Translations under genes and position numbers: made by a program | Notes under the pieces: generated by a model | Told to the model about the DNA's origin: nothing | What the model saw: the letters and a program-made list of their open reading frames with translations, nothing else | Database searches by the model: none | Source of the DNA: an uncultured Oscillospiraceae bacterium | Lineage (GTDB): Bacteria > Bacillota > Clostridia > Oscillospirales > Acutalibacteraceae | DNA: 64,000 bases | Direction: 5' to 3' | Assembly: GCA_902492045.1 (NCBI GenBank) | Contig: CABUKB010000008.1 | Coordinates: 7,720 to 71,719, forward strand | In this document: positions 18,224 through 26,375 of the stretch, one piece after another | Numbering within the stretch: the first letter of the stretch is position 1 | Layout of the letters: each line of letters opens with the position of its first letter

Positions 18224-20680
18224 ATGGAGTTACGAATTGCCTTAGCGGGCAACCCCAACAGCGGGAAAACAACCCTGTTCAACGCGCTCACCGGCTCAAA
18301 TCAATTTGTGGGAAACTGGCCGGGCGTTACCGTCGAAAAAAAAGAAGGGAAACTTAAAAAATTCGACGGTGTCACCATCACCGACCTGCCCGGAATTTAT
18401 TCGCTTTCTCCCTATACACTGGAGGAAGTGGTGGCCCGCAATTATTTGATTGTGGAACGGCCGGATGCGATCCTAAACATTGTTGACGGCACCAATCTGG
18501 AAAGAAATCTGTATTTGACCACTCAGCTCACCGAACTGGGGATTCCGGTTGTCGTCGCCATCAACATGATGGACGTGGTGAAAAAGAACGGCGACAAAAT
18601 CGAGGTGGCGGAACTTTCCCGGGAACTCGGCTGCCCCATTATAGAGATCTCGGCCCTCAAGGGTACCGGTATCCATGAAGCCGCCCGAGCGGCGGTGGAG
18701 GCCGCGAAGTCGGGCAAAACCGTACCGATGCACACCTTCTCCGGGGCGGTGGAACACGCCCTGGCCCATATCGAGGAAGCGGCTGTACATGACATGCCGG
18801 CTGAACAGCAGCGGTGGTATGCCATCAAAATCTTTGAAAGAGACGACAAGGTTCTGGCCCAGTTGGGGCTGGACCGGGATGTCATGGACCATATCGAGCA
18901 GGATATCCGGGCGGCGGAAGAAGAGTGCGACGACGATGCCGAGAGTATTATAACGAACGAGCGCTACCTTTACATCGCTTCTTTGCTGAAAGGGTGCTAC
19001 AGAAAGAAAAGCGCCGGCAAACTGTCCACTTCGGACAAGATTGATAAGGTTGTCACCAACCGGTGGGCGGCATTGCCGATATTCGCGGTTGTCATGTTTA
19101 TCGTCTATTATGTCTCGGTGACCACCGTAGGTACCTGGGCGACCGACTGGGCCAATGACGGCGTGTTTGGAGAAGGCTGGCATTTGTTTAGCATCGGGTC
19201 TTCCGCTTATGAGGAAGCGGCGGAGGCTTATGTGGAGCCGGGCGCTGTCGTGGAGGCGTTTGAATCGGCGGCGGCAGAAGCCGGAGCTGTGGACGAGGAG
19301 GCTTCCAGCGACGAAGAGATCGTCCTGATCCCGGAGGCGGCGGCCTCTCTTGCCACCACCGCTTATCTGTATGACGATGAGGGCAACGTCGAGAAAGAAA
19401 TTCCCGTTACCTATGCTTCCTATCTGGAGGCGGCCGAGATCGAGGAGCCGGATCCGGCGGATTATGGCGTATGGGTTCCCGGTATCCCGGTTCTGATTTC
19501 GAACGGCCTGACCGCGATTCACTGCGCAGACTGGCTTCAGGGGCTGATCCTGGACGGCATTGTCGGGGGCGTCGGCGCGGTATTGGGTTTTGTTCCCCAG
19601 ATGTTGGTGCTTTTCCTGTTTCTGGCATTTCTCGAAAGCTGCGGCTATATGGCGCGTATCGCTTTTGTCATGGACCGTATCTTCCGCAAATTCGGGCTGT
19701 CGGGCAAGTCGTTTATTCCCATGCTCATCGGGACAGGATGCGGCATCCCGGGGGTTATGGCGTCCCGCACCATTGAAAACGAGCGGGACCGCCGCATGAC
19801 GATCATGACGACCACCTTCATTCCCTGCGGAGCCAAGCTGCCGATCATCGCCCTGATCGCCGGTGCGCTGTTTGGCGGCGCCTGGTGGGTGGCGCCCAGT
19901 GCCTATTTTGTCGGCATCGCGGCGATCATCGTGTCCGGCATTATGCTGAAAAAGACCAGAATGTTCGCAGGGGATCCCGCGCCCTTTGTCATGGAACTCC
20001 CGGCCTATCACCTGCCCACCGTCGGCAACGTACTGCGTTCGATGTGGGAGCGGGCCTGGTCTTTCATCAAAAAGGCGGGAACCGTCATCCTGCTGTCCGC
20101 CATCCTGCTCTGGTTCCTTCAGGCTTTCGGGTTTGAAAACGGCAGCTTTGGCATGGTGACGGATCTCAACAACTCCATTCTGGCTGTCATCGGGAGCGCC
20201 ATCGAGTGGATCTTTATCCCGCTCGGCTGGGGCGAATGGCAGAGTGCTGTTGCGACGATCACCGGCCTGATAGCCAAAGAAAATGTTGTCGGCACCTTCG
20301 GCGTCCTTTTCGGAGGGTTTGACGAGGTGGCGGAAAACGGCTGGCAGATTTGGGCGAATATGCGCGAAGTTTTCACCCCTCTCTCTGCGTACTCTTTCTT
20401 GATCTTCAATTTGCTCTGCGCTCCCTGCTTTGCGGCGATGGGCGCGATCAAACGGGAGATGAACTCGGCCAAGTGGACCTTCTTTGCCATCGGCTATCAG
20501 TGCCTCTTCGCCTATGCGGTTTCTCTGGTGGTGTATCAGCTCGGCATGTTGTTTACGGGGCATGGCAACGTCCTCGGCTCCATTGTCGCTTTCGCGATTG
20601 TGGCGCTGGTCCTTTACCTGCTGTTCCGCCCGTATAAAGAAGCCGAAAGGCTTTCCAAGCCCGTAAAAATCAAAGAGTGA
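18224..20680 (+). CDS. feoB: ferrous iron transporter B
   Basis: G-domain motifs GNPNSGKTT, DLPG and NMMD, followed by a polytopic membrane domain (GTGCGIPGVMASRT gate motif). 818 aa, including an acidic loop insertion. Confidence 0.95.
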   Translation: MELRIALAGNPNSGKTTLFNALTGSNQFVGNWPGVTVEKKEGKLKKFDGVTITDLPGIYSLSPYTLEEVVARNYLIVERPDAILNIVDGTNLERNLYLTTQLTELGIPVVVAINMMDVVKKNGDKIEVAELSRELGCPIIEISALKGTGIHEAARAAVEAAKSGKTVPMHTFSGAVEHALAHIEEAAVHDMPAEQQRWYAIKIFERDDKVLAQLGLDRDVMDHIEQDIRAAEEECDDDAESIITNERYLYIASLLKGCYRKKSAGKLSTSDKIDKVVTNRWAALPIFAVVMFIVYYVSVTTVGTWATDWANDGVFGEGWHLFSIGSSAYEEAAEAYVEPGAVVEAFESAAAEAGAVDEEASSDEEIVLIPEAAASLATTAYLYDDEGNVEKEIPVTYASYLEAAEIEEPDPADYGVWVPGIPVLISNGLTAIHCADWLQGLILDGIVGGVGAVLGFVPQMLVLFLFLAFLESCGYMARIAFVMDRIFRKFGLSGKSFIPMLIGTGCGIPGVMASRTIENERDRRMTIMTTTFIPCGAKLPIIALIAGALFGGAWWVAPSAYFVGIAAIIVSGIMLKKTRMFAGDPAPFVMELPAYHLPTVGNVLRSMWERAWSFIKKAGTVILLSAILLWFLQAFGFENGSFGMVTDLNNSILAVIGSAIEWIFIPLGWGEWQSAVATITGLIAKENVVGTFGVLFGGFDEVAENGWQIWANMREVFTPLSAYSFLIFNLLCAPCFAAMGAIKREMNSAKWTFFAIGYQCLFAYAVSLVVYQLGMLFTGHGNVLGSIVAFAIVALVLYLLFRPYKEAERLSKPVKIKE

Positions 20681-20705
20681 GTTAGCCCGATAGGGGGGAT
20701 TGCGA

Positions 20706-20879
20706 ATGTGGACCTGGATACTGAATAATGGCGCGACCTTGCTGGTGGGCGTTCTTTTGCTTGCGGTGGTTGCGGCGATACTCGTGTACATGGTCAGAAA
20801 CAAAAAGAAGGGGAAATCCTCCTGCGGCAGCAGCTGCTCGAATTGTCCGATGGGCGGCAAATGTCATCAGAAAAAGTGA
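20706..20879 (+). CDS. FeoB-associated Cys-rich small membrane protein
   Basis: My own translation (57 aa, below the ORF-track cutoff) gives MWTWILNNGATLLVGVLLLAVVAAILVYMVRNKKKGKSSCGSSCSNCPMGGKCHQKK. It has one TM helix and a C-terminal CxxxCxxC...C tail. It lies 25 nt after the feoB stop. Confidence 0.8.
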   Translation: MWTWILNNGATLLVGVLLLAVVAAILVYMVRNKKKGKSSCGSSCSNCPMGGKCHQKK

Positions 20880-20943
20880 GGGGAACGGGAGGCGCAGGGC
20901 ATCTGCCGGCGTCTCCCGTACTTTATCGGCGGAGGGATAGGAT

Positions 20944-21348
20944 ATGGCGGAACAGGGATCGTCCATCACCGCTTCCACGATCCGGTATCTTCTGATCCTG
21001 GGGAAGCTGGACCGGGGAGAACGCGGTATCCGCTGTGTACGCATCGCGGAACAACTAGGCCTATCAAAGCCGAGCGTCCATCGAATGATGGAAGGCCTTT
21101 GCCAGAGGCAATGGATTCAAAAAAGCCGGTACGGCACCGTCAGCCTGACAGAAAATGGGCGTTTGGTCGCCGAACGGTACGGAAGATGCGCGCAAGCCGC
21201 CCGCCTGTATTTCGATGCGGTTTTGCCGCCGGACAGCGATTTGGACGGTATCACCTGTGCTTTTCTCGCACAGATTCCCATGGATCGTGTGGAGGCGGTG
21301 TATGGGAGGATCCGCAGCCGGCTGGCGGATTTCAAGCCCTCGGGTTGA
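20944..21348 (+). CDS. DtxR/MntR family metal-dependent transcriptional regulator (short form)
   Basis: Winged-HTH IRYLLILGKL...VRIAEQLGLSKPSVHRMMEGL...YGTVSLTENGRLVAERY; 134 aa. It is the last gene of the feo cluster. Confidence 0.8.
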   Translation: MAEQGSSITASTIRYLLILGKLDRGERGIRCVRIAEQLGLSKPSVHRMMEGLCQRQWIQKSRYGTVSLTENGRLVAERYGRCAQAARLYFDAVLPPDSDLDGITCAFLAQIPMDRVEAVYGRIRSRLADFKPSG

Positions 21349-21366
21349 TCGAACCCTGGTATTAAG

Positions 21367-21415
21367 CCCCGTTTGGGTACGCTTTGCAGGAAGCGGCGTC
21401 CAAACGGGGTCTTTT
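21367..21415 (+). terminator. intrinsic terminator closing the feo-dtxR cluster
   Basis: CCCCGTTTGG...CCAAACGGGG stem followed by TCTTTT. Confidence 0.8.
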
Positions 21416-21540
21416 CAGTGCGGCAATAGGATCAACCGGCGGGTTTTCATGTGGGAGCGTATCCCGGTGTGGACAAAATAGAAACAACCTCTCCTTATTT
21501 GGCATAGACTGGAGCAAAGACATAAAGGAGAGTGAAGCTT

Positions 21541-22113
21541 GTGACAACCGTATATAAAATTTTTATTGATCAGGGACATAATCCGCAAAATCCCAATGCG
21601 GGAGCCGAGGCAAATGGACTTCGTGAACAGGACATCACATATGAGGTGGGAATACGTCTGGCCGAACTGCTTCGGGAAAATCCGCGCTTTGAAGTGCGGC
21701 TGTCCCGGAATTCCCCGACTGAGCAGCTGGGCACGAGCAATGCGACCAGTCTGGCCGCCCGTGTAAACGCCGCCAATAGCTGGGGGGCGGATTATTTTAT
21801 CAGCCTGCACTGCAATGCGAGCCCTATCACGGAGGCAAGCGGCAGTGAAGCCTATGTATACAGCATCGGCAGCGCCGCCTATTATTTGGGTGAGCAGATT
21901 CTGGCCGGGCTGAACTACACGACGGGTCTACCCAACCGAGGGGTGCGCGCCAACCCGAATTTGTATGTTCTGCGCCGCACCAGGATGCCGGCTGTATTGG
22001 TGGAAATGGGTTTTTTGACCAATCCATACGATGCGGAACTGCTATCATCCGATCCTCAGAGCTTTGCCCGTGGAATTTATGACGGTATTCTGGATTACTT
22101 GGACATTCTGTGA
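21541..22113 (+). CDS. N-acetylmuramoyl-L-alanine amidase (Amidase_3 family)
   Basis: The ORF contains IFIDQGHNPQNPNAGA...REQDITYEVGIRLAELL...DYFISLHCNA...EMGFLTNP. The GTG at 21541 is 10 nt after AAGGAG; the ORF track starts at 21532. Confidence 0.88.
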   Translation: MTTVYKIFIDQGHNPQNPNAGAEANGLREQDITYEVGIRLAELLRENPRFEVRLSRNSPTEQLGTSNATSLAARVNAANSWGADYFISLHCNASPITEASGSEAYVYSIGSAAYYLGEQILAGLNYTTGLPNRGVRANPNLYVLRRTRMPAVLVEMGFLTNPYDAELLSSDPQSFARGIYDGILDYLDIL

Positions 22114-22174
22114 CGCATAATAGACGATCATTTGCACAGGCTATGGGTATAGGCATAAAAAGAAATCGAGGACA

Positions 22175-22306
22175 ATGAAAATGGAAAAACCATCGAAAGA
22201 TCAAAAACGCAATAAAAAATCGAGCGGCAACAATCAATGGACCAATCCCCATGCCGCTTTGCGCCCTGACAATCGCGAACGCCGGGACGGTCCGGGGGGC
22301 GAATGA
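22175..22306 (+). CDS. small hydrophilic protein (43 aa), hypothetical
   Basis: My own translation gives MKMEKPSKDQKRNKKSSGNNQWTNPHAALRPDNRERRDGPGGE. GAGGA lies 4 nt upstream and a GC hairpin follows at 22337-22369. It is below the ORF-track cutoff and I have no homology evidence. Confidence 0.35.
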   Translation: MKMEKPSKDQKRNKKSSGNNQWTNPHAALRPDNRERRDGPGGE

Positions 22307-22336
22307 CCGCCTGTTGCCCATAAGGATACCGGTGGT

Positions 22337-22369
22337 ACGGCCGGCCGCATACGCCATGCGGCCGGCCGT
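22337..22369 (+). terminator. GC-rich hairpin (terminator-like, weak T tail)
   Basis: ACGGCCGGCCGCAT-acgcc-ATGCGGCCGGCCGT is a 14-bp perfect stem, followed only by tgctta. Confidence 0.45.
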
Positions 22370-22626
22370 TGCTTACGGCGATTTGAAGGCATCTTGATGG
22401 GGCCTGTACAGAAGTGAAATGGCTGTGTTTTATAATCGTTTCACATCCTGATGCTTATTCAGAGCATCTATTTTGGCCTAATGGCATTCCGGTTGCGTTC
22501 CGTCCTCCGGCTTTTTCAGATGGATCAGGCATAGGGCTATCCGAACCTCTTTTTCTGGGGATGTTCTTGATCCCCTATAACAGCTTATGCACAAGTGGAC
22601 AAACTGTGTGCGGTTTTGTCGGTTTC

Positions 22627-22655
22627 TTGACAGGCGTCCATTTATGCCGTACTAT
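22627..22655 (+). promoter_or_regulatory. orphan sigma-70 promoter (TTGACA-17 nt-TACTAT)
   Basis: TTGACA at 22627-22632 and TACTAT at 22650-22655. No plausible plus-strand CDS lies downstream. Confidence 0.6.
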
Positions 22656-22661
22656 GAAATA

Positions 22662-22757
22662 AAGAGGCTATTCCGTAGTTGTCATTCATTCCGCAGATGC
22701 CTGGAATGCGGGGAGACCGGACGAAAGCCGTCCGGTCTCCCCGTGCTTGTTTTTTTA
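22662..22757 (+). ncRNA. candidate small RNA (~95 nt) defined by an orphan promoter and a strong terminator
   Basis: The predicted transcription start is about 22662. There is an internal hairpin CATTCC...GGAATG. The terminator is GGGGAGACCGGACG-aaagc-CGTCCGGTCTCCCC (22710-22742) followed by gtgcttgTTTTTTT. I recognise no family. Confidence 0.35.
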
Positions 22758-22783
22758 AGACAATCAAAGAGAGGCGCAGGACA

Positions 22784-22957
22784 TCACCCGTTGTGTTTTT
22801 TCATGAGATTCTCTGCACAGGATTTTAGTTCCTCGACCGTATTCATTTCAGGGCCGGACTGCGTGAGCGTCTCCTGGACAAACGGAGGCAGGGTGTTGAA
22901 ATATTGCAGCATTTCCTGGTTTTTGCATACCGACGGTTGATTCTGTTTTTGTTCCAT
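22784..22957 (-). CDS. small hypothetical protein (57 aa), paralog of the upstream neighbour
   Basis: MEQKQNQPSVCKNQEMLQYFNTLPPFVQETLTQSGPEMNTVEELKSCAENLMKKHNG, with AGGAGGG 7 nt upstream of the ATG at 22957. Confidence 0.5.
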   Translation of the reverse strand: MEQKQNQPSVCKNQEMLQYFNTLPPFVQETLTQSGPEMNTVEELKSCAENLMKKHNG

Positions 22958-22973
22958 GGTCTTTTCCCTCCTC

Positions 22974-23192
22974 TCAGGCCCGCATGGTGAGATTTTGCAC
23001 AAATTGTCGGATATCCTGTTCCGTACGGAATTCATCGGCGTGCGCGTTGATCTGCTCTTGTATCTCTTCCGGCAGCCGGCTGATGTCGTCAAACGGGTTG
23101 CCTCCCCGCGGATACGCTGAAATGCCCGGCCCGCTAAACGTATCTTGTCCCATTTGGCTCCCTCTTTCGTCTGTGAACTGGAAAAAGTCCAT
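22974..23192 (-). CDS. small hypothetical protein (72 aa, or 59 aa from the ATG at 23153)
   Basis: The translation ends ...GGNPFDDISRLPEEIQEQINAHADEFRTEQDIRQFVQNLTMRA. The internal ATG at 23153 has the better RBS (AGAGGGAG). Confidence 0.5.
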   Translation of the reverse strand: MDFFQFTDERGSQMGQDTFSGPGISAYPRGGNPFDDISRLPEEIQEQINAHADEFRTEQDIRQFVQNLTMRA

Positions 23193-23314
23193 GCAGAGAT
23201 CCGCATAGAATCCTTTCCACGGTTAGTGTGGACGGATTGAAAACGCGTAGGTACGGGAAACGCTGGATGACAAAATTTGATAAAAGAAAATTGTAATAGA
23301 AAGGGGAGAAGACG

Positions 23315-24658
23315 ATGCTTTGTCCGGCGCAGGTAACAGCGGCGATCCGGCTGCTGGAAGAAAAGGGGTTTGAAGCCTATGCTGTAGGGGGCTGCGTGCG
23401 GGACAGCCTACTCGGGATTGCTCCCCACGACTGGGATGTTTGTACCACGGCATCAACGGACGCAATGCGGGCGGTTTTTTCCGATTTCCGCGTCGTTGAG
23501 ACCGGGGCCTCCCACGGGACCTTGACAGTCATCCTGGATGGCCTTCCACTGGAAATCACAACGTATCGGGTGGACGGCCCTTATCATGACCACCGCCGTC
23601 CGGACAGCGTCCGTTTCACTTCCAGCCTTGCCGATGACCTGTCCCGTCGGGATTTTACCATAAACGCTATGGCCTGGCACCCGCAACGGGGATTACAGGA
23701 TCCGTTCGGCGGACGAGCGGATCTGGAGAGCCGGCTTTTAAAAACAGTGGGGAAGCCTGATGAACGGTTTGAGGAGGATGCGCTGCGCCTGATGCGGGCC
23801 CTGCGTTTTGCCGCCGTTTATGAGCTGCAGATCGCTCCTTTGACCTCTGCGGCGCTGCACAGCAGGCGGGAGAAACTCCGTTTTGTAGCGGCGGAGCGTC
23901 TTTGTGCCGAACTCGACCGGCTGCTTGTCGCCCCTGGTGCGGCGCGCATCTTGACGGAATATGCGGATGTGCTGACGGTTTTTTTGCCTTTTATCGCGCC
24001 GATGGTCGGATTCCGGCAGTACAGCGTTTACCATCATCTCGATGTCTGGCGCCATACGGCTGCGAGCGTGAATGCCGGCATTTCGGATCGTCTCGTTCGC
24101 CTGGCCCTGTTATTCCACGATGCCGGAAAACCCGCTTGCTTCACCTTTGATGTGAAGGGACACGGCCATTTTTACGGCCATGCGGCTGTGAGCGCTGCCA
24201 TTGCGGATAAGGCCCTTCGCGAATTAAAATATGACCGGAAAACCCGGGAAACGGTTGTCCGGCTGGTCAGGTACCACGATACGCCCATTCCCGCCGAACT
24301 ACCCGCCGTCAAACGATGGCTCAGACGGCTGGGCGAAAAAGAATTCCGTCTCTTGCTCGAGGTGAGGCGGGGCGACGCCATGGGCCATGCGCCCTCCGTG
24401 GCAGCCGCTTCGCTGGACGGCGTGGAATCCCTGAGACAATGCCTTGAGCAGGTTCTTGCGGATGGGGCCTGTTTCTCGGTGCGGGACTTGGCGGTTGACG
24501 GCAACGATGCGATTGCCTGCGGAATTCCCGAGGGGCCGGAGATCGGAAATGCGCTGGCCGCTATGACAGAGCTGGTGATCGACGGGCGGCTTCCGAACGA
24601 GCGGGGGCCTTTGCTTCATTTTTTGCGCGGGCAGGCGGCAGACCGAGAAACCCCTTGA
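23315..24658 (+). CDS. cca: CCA tRNA nucleotidyltransferase
   Basis: AYAVGGCVRDSLLG and DWDV...RDFTINA are Pol-beta NTase head motifs, and the C-terminal part has an HD-like motif (LLFHDAGKP). Confidence 0.9.
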   Translation: MLCPAQVTAAIRLLEEKGFEAYAVGGCVRDSLLGIAPHDWDVCTTASTDAMRAVFSDFRVVETGASHGTLTVILDGLPLEITTYRVDGPYHDHRRPDSVRFTSSLADDLSRRDFTINAMAWHPQRGLQDPFGGRADLESRLLKTVGKPDERFEEDALRLMRALRFAAVYELQIAPLTSAALHSRREKLRFVAAERLCAELDRLLVAPGAARILTEYADVLTVFLPFIAPMVGFRQYSVYHHLDVWRHTAASVNAGISDRLVRLALLFHDAGKPACFTFDVKGHGHFYGHAAVSAAIADKALRELKYDRKTRETVVRLVRYHDTPIPAELPAVKRWLRRLGEKEFRLLLEVRRGDAMGHAPSVAAASLDGVESLRQCLEQVLADGACFSVRDLAVDGNDAIACGIPEGPEIGNALAAMTELVIDGRLPNERGPLLHFLRGQAADRETP

Positions 24659-24720
24659 TTATTGCCCGCAAAAAGGTTAAAATGATAGAGTTTGGAGACC
24701 AAACCGCGCTCCGGTTTTAG

Positions 24721-26361
24721 ATGGAGGATCGGATCGTTGGAATCGGGGTTTCCAAAGGATGGGGGAGCCTGGGTTTGCAGAATTATATAGACGAAATCCA
24801 AAAGCGGCGGACTTTTGCCATTATCTCTCACCCCGACGCGGGGAAAACCACCCTGACTGAAAAACTGCTGCTGTACGGAGGCGCGATTCAGGCAGCCGGT
24901 ATGGTCAAAGGGAAGAAATCCATGAAACATGCGGTCTCCGACTGGATGGAAATCGAAAAACAGCGTGGGATTTCCGTGACCTCCTCCGTCATGCAGTTTC
25001 ATTATGAGGGGTATTGCATCAATATCCTCGATACCCCCGGCCACGAGGATTTTTCGGAGGATACGTACCGCACGCTGATGGCGGCCGATTCCGCGGTCAT
25101 GGTGATCGACGGTTCCAAGGGGGTCGAAAAACAGACCATCAAGCTGTTTAAGGTCTGCGTGATGCGGGATATCCCCATCTTTACCTTTATCAATAAAATG
25201 GACCGGGAGGCGCGGGATCCATACGAACTGATGCAGGAAATCGAACAGGTGCTGGGGATCGCCACCTACCCGATCAACTGGCCCATCGGCTCCGGCAAGG
25301 ATTTCAAAGGGGTGTACGAGCGGGATAAAGGGCGGGTACTTTCCTTTTCCTATAACGGAATCGGCCACGAGGCCGCAGCAGATGAGGCAGGGCTGGACGA
25401 TCCTCAGCTCGAAGACCGGCTGGGTTCCGAACTTTACCACACGCTGCAGGACGACGTGGAACTGCTCGACGGCGCCGGCGGCGATTTTGACCTGGAAAAG
25501 GTGCGTCACGGCAAATTGTCTCCGGTGTTTTTTGGATCGGCGCTGACCAACTTTGGGGTGGAGCCATTCCTGGAGGATTTTCTAAAGATGACCACGCCGC
25601 CGCTGTCCCGTCATTCTTCGGCTGGGGATATTGACCCTTTCAGTCCGGATTTTTCCGCATTTGTCTTCAAGATTCAGGCCAATATGAATAAGGCCCATCG
25701 GGACCGGGTGGCATTCATGCGCATCTGTTCCGGCAGGTTTGAGAAAGGGCAGGAGGTTTTCCATGTTCAGGGAGGCAAGAAAATCCGCCTGTCGCAGCCG
25801 CAACAGATGATGGCGCAGGAACGTGAAATTGTGGACGAAGCCTATGCTGGGGATATTCTCGGCATTTTTGATCCGGGGATTTTTTCCATCGGAGACACTG
25901 TCTGTGCGCCGGGGAAGTCCTTTGCCTTTGAAGGGATTCCCACTTTTGCACCCGAGCATTTTTCCCTTGTCCGTCAGACTGATACCATGAAACGCAAGCA
26001 GTTTATCAAGGGGACTTCTCAGATCGCTCAGGAAGGCGCCATTCAGGTTTTTCAGGAACTGGGCGGCGGTATGGAGGAGGTCATCGTGGGTGTCGTGGGC
26101 ACCTTGCAGTTTGACGTGTTTGAATACCGTTTGAAAAATGAATACGGCGTGGATATTCGAATAGAGGGACTGCCTTATCAATTTATCCGATGGATCGTCG
26201 GAGAGGATGTCGATGTCAAGGCGCTCGATCTGAGTTCCGATACCAAACGGGTGCAGGACATGCGGGGCCGTCCATTGTTGTTGTTTACCAATTCCTGGAA
26301 CATTCAGTGGGCGCTCGACCATAATAAGGGCCTGGTTCTGGAGGAATTCAGCCGTTCATAA
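24721..26361 (+). CDS. prfC: peptide chain release factor 3
   Basis: RRTFAIISHPDAGKTTLTEKLL, DTPGHEDF and NKMD are GTPase motifs. The real start is probably the TTG at 24775, preceded by a GGATGGGGGAG RBS. Confidence 0.95.
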   Translation: MEDRIVGIGVSKGWGSLGLQNYIDEIQKRRTFAIISHPDAGKTTLTEKLLLYGGAIQAAGMVKGKKSMKHAVSDWMEIEKQRGISVTSSVMQFHYEGYCINILDTPGHEDFSEDTYRTLMAADSAVMVIDGSKGVEKQTIKLFKVCVMRDIPIFTFINKMDREARDPYELMQEIEQVLGIATYPINWPIGSGKDFKGVYERDKGRVLSFSYNGIGHEAAADEAGLDDPQLEDRLGSELYHTLQDDVELLDGAGGDFDLEKVRHGKLSPVFFGSALTNFGVEPFLEDFLKMTTPPLSRHSSAGDIDPFSPDFSAFVFKIQANMNKAHRDRVAFMRICSGRFEKGQEVFHVQGGKKIRLSQPQQMMAQEREIVDEAYAGDILGIFDPGIFSIGDTVCAPGKSFAFEGIPTFAPEHFSLVRQTDTMKRKQFIKGTSQIAQEGAIQVFQELGGGMEEVIVGVVGTLQFDVFEYRLKNEYGVDIRIEGLPYQFIRWIVGEDVDVKALDLSSDTKRVQDMRGRPLLLFTNSWNIQWALDHNKGLVLEEFSRS

Positions 26362-26375
26362 GGAGGATGGCGTTT

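Noticed and set aside
18473-20860. A 795-aa minus-strand ORF, the longest ORF in this part of the window.
   Set aside because: It is entirely antisense to feoB and the Cys-rich peptide gene. Its Arg/Gly/Pro/His-rich composition is typical of the shadow frame of a high-GC gene, and it has no motifs.
22370-22626. I checked this unassigned ~250 nt for tmRNA, 6S RNA, SRP RNA, RNase P RNA and common riboswitch cores.
   Set aside because: I found none of the hallmark motifs by eye. These include GGGGCUGAU...CCACCA, GAGGAAAGUCC, the SRP domain IV GGAA loop and a T-box AGAGA/specifier layout. The region stays unassigned rather than called.
22414-22940. Plus-strand ORFs of 82 aa (22414-22662) and 117 aa (22587-22940) in the non-coding gap.
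   Set aside because: Neither has an RBS. Both read through a consensus promoter and a 14-bp terminator hairpin, and the second overlaps the minus-strand small gene. Cys/Phe/Arg-rich translations are typical of non-coding sequence.
24616-25509. A 297-aa minus-strand ORF spanning the cca/prfC junction.
   Set aside because: It is antisense to prfC, whose GTPase motifs are unambiguous, and it has a shadow-frame composition.
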